A DNA stretch of 64,000 nt from Octopus vulgaris (lineage: Eukaryota), in contig OX597826.1 of the NCBI GenBank assembly GCA_951406725.2, positions 34,162,001 through 34,226,000 on the forward strand. Direction: 5' to 3'. The translations under genes and the position numbers were made by a program. Every line of letters begins with the position of its first letter. Positions within the stretch are counted from its first letter, which is position 1. Under the pieces are notes generated by a model. It did no database searches, was not told where the DNA came from, and saw only the letters and a list, made by a program, of their open reading frames with translations. Below are positions 56,780 through 64,000 of the stretch, one piece after another.

Positions 56780-57660
56780 CACACATATACTCTACATCTG
56801 TATTGAGTTCTCTTTTCTGTAGCTTTGCATTGATAACAACTAATGCGAATGGTTATATATTTATGTACAGTTTGTATCCTGCATCATTGTGTTTAATGTT
56901 TGTACACTTGTGATTTGTGCACCGACCACAGATACTTATATTTCTAAGTTCTCAAACAACATTATATTAGAATTTGATGATGTTTAAAGCCTTCAAGAGT
57001 AGTGATGTAACTTAAGGTATCAAAACATCACTGATATTCTATTGCAGGTTGGCGACAGAAGTTTTTAGAGCTCATTTTAATATAGCCTGGTCGTTGATGT
57101 ATCTGCTTGTGTCACTACTATATCTCTCTATTTTTCTTATGCAGGGCAATGCAAATTCTTAATCATCCTTATTATTCCTTGGTAGACTCTGATGAAGGAT
57201 AGTTGCGGAATTTTAAAACTAAAGCAATACCGTTTAATAAATAGGTATACTTTACAAGATAGAAATATAGTTAAACAACGGGTAAGAACAAGCACGAACA
57301 CACATGTACGTATATATATAATCAGAGGATAAGTTAACCTCGTGAAGGGATGGTTGCACCCAAAGAAATACTGTTTTAATACCTAGTACTGTTGGGGAAT
57401 GAAATTTTCTTATAACAATTTAATAGGCTTAAGCATTTAGTTTATATCCATATAACCATATATTAATCATATAACTTATATCCATATGACATCACAAGCT
57501 ACATCTTTTTTCTCTGATGAAATTATGCTCATGTCACATAAATGCAAATTTAATGTACAAATTTGTAAGTAAATTATTAAGTATTAATTGAAACGGCTGT
57601 AAGAAGCGAAGACAACCAATTTATTAATAATAAATAATTGTTAATTTCCTTATTTCCATT
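56780..57660 (+). mobile_element. Penelope-like repeat remnant with hammerhead motifs
   Basis: One complete HHR motif (57510-57605) and a decayed one starting at CTGATGA 57189; family assignment inferred. Confidence 0.5.
57510..57605 (+). ncRNA. Type I hammerhead ribozyme with long stem II insert
   Basis: UUCU-CUGAUGA-AAUUA..(59 nt)..UAAUU-GAAAC-GGCU-GUA-AGAA. Confidence 0.6.
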
Positions 57661-57765
57661 CTACTTCTTTTAACTACACACACACACACACACACGCGTA
57701 CACACACATATGCACATGTGCAAATGTAAATATACATATATATATATATTTGTAAGTATACTCAC

Positions 57766-57852
<87 letters not shown>

Positions 57853-58095
57853 TATGTATATACTTATATACATGTATGTGTATGAATCATTGTATACATT
57901 TGTATGAGTGTCTTTGAGTATGTATTATACATATTTTGCTGAAGCATAACTAACGACTGAAAACAGGCTCTTCTTAATTGTCTATGAAAATGCATATATT
58001 ACACCGAATTACGTACAAACATTTTGTACAAACATCCAATGATCCGACCGTTGGAAACATGAAACCATCGGCAAAAGAATTAAAATTTCTATACG

Positions 58096-58149
58096 AACAA
58101 CGAAAAACATAACAACGAAAAACATAACAACGAAAAACATAACGAAAAA
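58096..58149. repeat. 15-bp tandem repeat AACAACGAAAAACAT x about 3.5
   Basis: Direct reading. Confidence 0.9.
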
Positions 58150-58357
58150 TCTATCTTCATTCTGTAGTGACCAAATTGCACCAGGCTGTGCAAGAGGTCA
58201 ACGTGGGTCATTTGTTGTCACTCTGATGGTTGTTACTTTATGATCTTATGTTAGTTTCCAAACGTTCAAGTTTACAAAGAATTATATATCATTACTACGC
58301 ATATACACACGTACACACATACATAGACACATAAACACTCACATATACACACACGCA

Positions 58358-58656
58358 TTCTTTTGTTATTTTATTTGTCGTGGTCCTTTTGACTGCGGCC
58401 ATGCTGAGGTACTTCCTGTTTAGTCGAATATATCGACCCCAGGACATATTCTTTGTAAGCCTAGTACGTATTCTATTGTTTACTTTTGCCGAACCGCTAC
58501 GTTACGTGGTCGTAACCACACCAGCATCGGTTGTCAAGCGATGTTGTGGGGACAAGCACAAACACACAAATATATACATACATACATACACACATACATA
58601 CATACATACATACATACATACATACATACATACACACATACATACATGCATGCATG

Positions 58657-58705
<49 letters not shown>

Positions 58706-58876
58706 GTATGCATATATATATATATATATGACGGGCGTAATTCAGTTTCCATCTACCAAATCCACTCTCAATGCTTTGGTCGGCCCGAGGCTATAGTATA
58801 AGACACTTCCCTAATACGCCACGCAGTAGGACTGAACTCGGAACCATGTGGTTGGTAAGTAAACTACTTACTACAC
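58358..58876 (-). mobile_element. SINE family A
   Basis: Collinear with 2175-2620; internal (TACA)n/(CA)n/(TA)n. Confidence 0.9.
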
Positions 58877-61167
58877 TCATCACGCGCGCGCACACACACT
58901 CACACACACACACATATATACAGACTTTATTTGTGTATAAAGATTTCCAAAATCTAGATAAACAACATTCCTCAACGTGATCGACTATCAAGATATTAAG
59001 ACCTTTTTTTCTACGTGAAACAAATGGTAGCCTTAATACACAAATAAAGAATTTTTATCCACCTGTAATGTGATGAGAACTCATTCTCACTGTTACACAA
59101 ACGCACACACATTCACACACATTCACACACATATACACACAGACACACACAAACATACTTACACACATATAATTATTCACGCAACTTAGTGAGTTACGGT
59201 TTTGGAAGTGCTGCACCGTTTCTTTGTAAGGTCAGTAAAACATTTGCCACTGTGAAGGCTAATTTACAATAAAATTCTGCCGCTGAATAGGAACCTTGAT
59301 ACCTATGATTAAAACGGAGAAGGTTAACATGTGTATTGCAAGCTTAACTCCTGATTTAGTAAAGAAATGGCCTTAAAATATTTGTTGTTATATTAATATT
59401 TAGAAAAAAAAACTATTAAAATTAATGTAATGAAACATAAAAACGTGTGTGTATATAAATGATCATATATGCAGAATAAATGAATACACAAGCATGGACT
59501 TTGAGAATAAACCATATGGCTTAGAAAAATAATAATAAAAAATTTCAATTATAGCTATCCCCACTCTAGTCCTCCCCTTTAATACTGAGGCTGGTTCTCC
59601 TGTTTGTTTAGTGATAAGTTCTGTGGTAAATAATCGATACTGGCTAAACATATATTCTAAGATGTGTGTAATGAGATGATCACAAATATTGCTGCAAGCA
59701 GAGCATGCTAAGTTTTTTTTTTAACGAAATAATGACAGAATATCATATTTGCAATTGAACGAAGCTAGTCATTCACTAGTAAACTGAAATATCCATCATA
59801 TTATATAGGGGTAGGTTTCAGGAAATATCTGCCACATTGTTCGCATCAAATGCATTTATCCATTAACTCACATGAGTATATGCAAATGTGTACATACGTA
59901 CACAAACATATGTATGTGTTTTAAAACACATACAAACACGTACACACACACACAAACACACACACGCACATAAGTATTCCAGTATGTGAATAACTGGATG
60001 CGGCATAACTACACAATTGCCCCCCCCCCCGCCACTAAATTTGTTTCTTCATGTCTTCCAAATAAATGGATATTTTTTAATGAAATTTTCTTAAAATACG
60101 CTTCAGTTGGTGTAGGTTCAGATTATACTGGAATTTATTGTAAAAACACTTTTTCCTAGGGGTGTTGAAGGAAGTTTCGGAATAGTCACATGAGTCAGCT
60201 TTGTTTCCTCATAACTTTCACCAGAATTAGTATTTTTAAGTGAAACTTTTTATGAATAAATTTCAGAGAGTGCACACTACGATTATATCAGAATTTAATG
60301 TGGAAACAAATCGTGAGCTGCAGACTTAAGGAATGATACACATCACAGTTTTTTTTTCGAAATTTTAAGTTTCATTTTGTAGACAAATGTAATGTGTCCG
60401 CACCAGAGTTATCCCCTCAGGTTATAATGATGGACGGTACAAAGCTTTCAATTCATTGGCAGCAAATTTCGATTTTACAGTACAACAGGTCAAAATCCTC
60501 CATTGCTTGAGATTTAGATTTTTTCAATAATAAGTGATGAGATTATTAAAGTAACTACCACAATTCAGCTAAAAGCGATATCAACAATGATGGGTAGCTT
60601 TTGTTTATAATTTTTATTTTCGGTCATCCTATTCTACAGGAATGCAATGTTTAAATTCCATGGCTGCTCAGCATACTAACCATATTTCTATTGATAAGAA
60701 ATGACATCAGTTACAATAACTTTAGTCCTGTTTTCCAACCATGCCATTACTAAAACTGATATTAATTTTATCATCGTGATTATAAAAAGCATAAAATATA
60801 GAATGCCAGATTCCCATTTTAATAATATTCTAACCTCTCCCCTCCACAATCTGTTCAATTTATTTTATTGATTATCTGGATATTAAAAGCAGATTACTCA
60901 TACACACCTTATGAATTATGTTTTTCTTTCGCCTTATTTTTCGAATCCATTTTGCTGGACATAAATTTTTAAAAAGCTCAATAACTCTTCAATGCTGGTT
61001 TAACGGAATATTCTTCGGCTCTGTCGAAGAATAAGCCTGCAAGAAACATGTTTAATGGCATCATCCAATGCAATGTATCTTTCTAAGAGGCAACACTCCA
61101 CTATACGAAATGGATGCTTCGATTTTACTTCTGTGATTAGTAGTAAGGTGAACTTAGGCTTTTCTGT

Positions 61168-61550
61168 AAGGCGGCAAGCTGACAGAAACGTTAGCACGCC
61201 AGGAGAAATGCGTAGCCGTATTTCGTCTGACTTTACGTTCTGAGTTCAAATTACTCCGAGGTCGACTTTGCCTTTCATACTTTCGGGGTCGATAAAGTAA
61301 GTACCAGATATGCACTGTGGTCGATATAATCGACTTGATCCGTTTGTCTGTCCTTGTTTGTCCTCTCTGTGTTTGGCCCCTTGTGGGTAGTAAAGAAATA
61401 GATATTTCGTCTGTCTTTATTTTCTGAGTTGAAATTCCGCATGACATCTTTTCGCGGTCGATAAATTAAGTACCATTTAGGGTTAGGATCGATCTTATCG
61501 ACTGGCTCCCTCCATCAAAATATCGGGCCTTGTGCCCAGAGTAGAAAAGA
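61168..61550 (+). mobile_element. SINE family B, full copy (61168-61400) followed by a partial second copy
   Basis: GGCGGCAAGCTGACAGAAACGTTAGCACGCC...GCCTTTCATACTTTCGGGGTCGATAAAGTAAGTACCAG...GTAATAAAGAAATA-like tail, then a restart at ATTTCGTCTG. Confidence 0.9.
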
Positions 61551-61759
61551 ACTTAGACTACTCTAGTTCCAGGTTGATAAAAATAAATACTCAGTACCTT
61601 TACGAACCAATAATTGGAGGGAAGTTAATTATATACAAAACAAGGACTGGTTTCATAATAATGTTTCGATTTTGTCTTCAGCTACATTCTTGCACATCCC
61701 ATATGGCATTGTCATCAAGCTTTATGCTTTTGCACTTCACGGAGACAACATCAATATTA

Positions 61760-62341
61760 TGACTTGAAGAAGTTTACTGGTCGGAGGTTTAACTTTCCGA
61801 GTGTTTTTGCAGGGCTTAGAAAAACTGAAGGACCGCCTTAATAACTATGTGAATCTGAGAGGGGAATATGGTGAATAAATTAATAATTAACTTATATTTT
61901 TATTTTTTTTATTCTTTTACTTGTTTCAGTCACTTGACTGCGGTCATGCTGGAGCAGCACCTTTAGTCAAACAAATCGACTGCAGGACTTATTCTTTGTA
62001 AACCTAGTACTTACTCTATCGTCTCTTTTGCCGAACCGCTAAATTACGGGGACAAACACAGACACAAATACACACACACACACGCATATATATATATATA
62101 TATATATATACGACGGGCTTCTTTCAGTTTTATCTACCAAACCCACTGAGAAGGCTTTGGTCAGTAGAAGACTATTGCCCAAGAGTCTTACCACGCAGCC
62201 ACACCTGCACCTATAAAAGACACTTATCCAGGGTGCCACGCAAAGTGACTGAACCGGAAATCATGTGATTGTAGAGCGAGCTTCTTAACCACGCAGCCAG
62301 ACATGCGCACAAAGCAAGGAACTTTTTAGAAACCCTTCGTA
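61760..62341 (+). mobile_element. Mariner 3' end (C-terminus plus TIR) split by a SINE
   Basis: QGLEKLKDRLNNYVNLRGEYGE* (cf. GIxKLxxRWxKCIxLxGDYVE); the TIR resumes at 62311-62341 after the SINE. Confidence 0.65.
61905..62309 (-). mobile_element. SINE family A nested in the mariner end
   Basis: TCTTTTACTTGTTTCAGTCACTTGACTGCGGTCATGCTGGAGCA...; the head segment appears partly duplicated. Confidence 0.85.
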
Positions 62342-62586
62342 TATCCTTGTAATGGATGTTGTACTTGCTTCCAGATAAACAACAAAAATATGCTCAGACG
62401 AATTTGACTCGGTTGATTATGGTGCTAAAATGTTACAATGCTGCATTTGGAGTCAGTTTCTCATTGCATTGGCAATGAATCGAGATGTTTTCCAAGTAGC
62501 ATATTACTGACAAATCAATTAACGAATATTTGCAATTGGAAACTTACTCTCCAGCACAGAGAAAAAAAAAGAATAAATTTTAAAAA

Positions 62587-62801
62587 AGGCGTAGGCGTGG
62601 CTGAGTGGTAAGAAGCTTGCTTCCCAACCAAATGGTTCTGGGTTCAATCCCACTTTGTAGCCCCTTGAGCAAGTGTCCTCTAATGTAGCCTCGGGCCGAC
62701 CAAATCCTTGTGAGTACAATTGCTAGACGGAAACTGGAAGAAGCCCGACATATATATATAAATGTATATATATATATATATATGTATATATATACATATG
62801 C

Positions 62802-62871
<70 letters not shown>

Positions 62872-63117
62872 GTGTGTGTGTATGTGTGTGTGTGTGTGTG
62901 TGTGTATATATTTGTATGTGTGTTTGGGTTTGTTCCCCCGCCATCGCTTGATGGCGTGTTTATGTCCCTGCGATTAACGGTTCGGCGAAAAAGATCGATA
63001 GAATAAGCACTGGGCTTACAAAGAATAAGTCCTGGGGACGATTTCTTCGACCAACACCCTTTAAGGCGGTGTTTCAGTATGAAGCAATCATACTAACAGT
63101 AAAATGAAAAGAATATA
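62587..63117 (+). mobile_element. SINE family A
   Basis: GGCGTAGGCGTGGCTGAGTGGTAAGAAGCTTGCTTCCCAACC head; internal (TA)n/(TG)n; ACAAAGAATAAGTCCTGGGG tail. Confidence 0.9.
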
Positions 63118-64000
63118 ATTTGCATCCATAATCTGTTTTTGTGGATCATAAACTGAACATGAGGATTATCTCTACTAGAGAAGATTAAAAAGTTATTTTA
63201 CTCAGGATATATTCTGAATATATCACCACATATATATATATACTAACGCGTGCACAAGCGCGCACATAAACATAAGCACACACGCACACACACTTCCATA
63301 AATATTCATATACACACATATATATGTATTCATACTTATATATGCATATATGGACATATCTATCCTTAGATACGTATACATGTATGTATAAACAGGCAGA
63401 ATCGTTCACTTCAAACGCAAAAACATCCTATTTAATGCAATTCTTGCTCTATAGTAGTTATTAATAACTATGTTGTGGTTGAAAGAAAATCTTGTTGAGT
63501 CTGTTAGCATCCATTATTTGTAATCTGCCAAATTTCTAATTAAAACAAAGTTCAAACAAGGATTATTTTTGTTTTTTTCGCAAAAATAATTAATGTTACA
63601 TGGATATTAATGTTTCATGGATGTTTCTTTATCATAACATTTATGCCATCAAGTTTAAATCTACTCTCATAAATTTTCAATTATAACCATGTAGATTGGT
63701 TAGTTGTCTCTAACCAATCGCATGATGTTCCTAAGAGATCTGACACTTTTTTTCCTATTAACGCAGCGAAAACACTCCAGAATTAATTATATTTTACATT
63801 CTACCAATTTGTTTTCTATGGAAACTTTATTGCTCTTCTACATAGAAAACATGTGTTCTCATGAACCAATGCCACAATTCTTAACTTCGTGGAATTTAGT
63901 CATTGCATTAAAGAAGTTATAGAAATTGTTGCAAGATTCATAATTATTCTCTTTGTCATAGATATTTCCCTTAATGAGGATTTGAAATATGTTGGTGTTA

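Noticed and set aside
58096-58149. Short direct repeats as a CRISPR-like array
   Set aside because: No spacers; simple tandem repeat in eukaryotic DNA.
60900-61110. Possible further mariner C-terminus on the minus strand
   Set aside because: Similarity too weak to call by eye.

Overview
AT-rich, microsatellite-saturated eukaryotic DNA, probably intronic or intergenic. The SINE families and repeat landscape suggest an octopus or other coleoid cephalopod (inferred, not proven). I found no intact host gene: almost all listed ORFs are translations of (TA)n/(CA)n/(TACA)n/(AAT)n tracts. The window holds about 25 tRNA-derived SINE copies from about 4 head/core types with shuffled tails, and decayed LINEs (CR1/Jockey-group, RTE-like and R4/Dong-like, the last sitting in (TAA)n). 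It also holds several Tc1/mariner relics, one with both TIRs, and a foldback MITE. The most notable signal is a set of hammerhead ribozyme (HHR) motifs in Penelope-like repeat remnants. One at 24030-24091 has all catalytic nucleotides but its three strands in a non-circularly permuted, pseudoknotted order. There is also a complete type I HHR at 33761-33835 (-), a minimal CUGUUGA variant at 16210-16247 and a long-stem-II HHR at 57510-57605. A young, highly structured 356-nt tandem unit (1.5 copies) at 12535-13094 is unexplained. All structures and translations were worked out by eye, and repeat boundaries are approximate.
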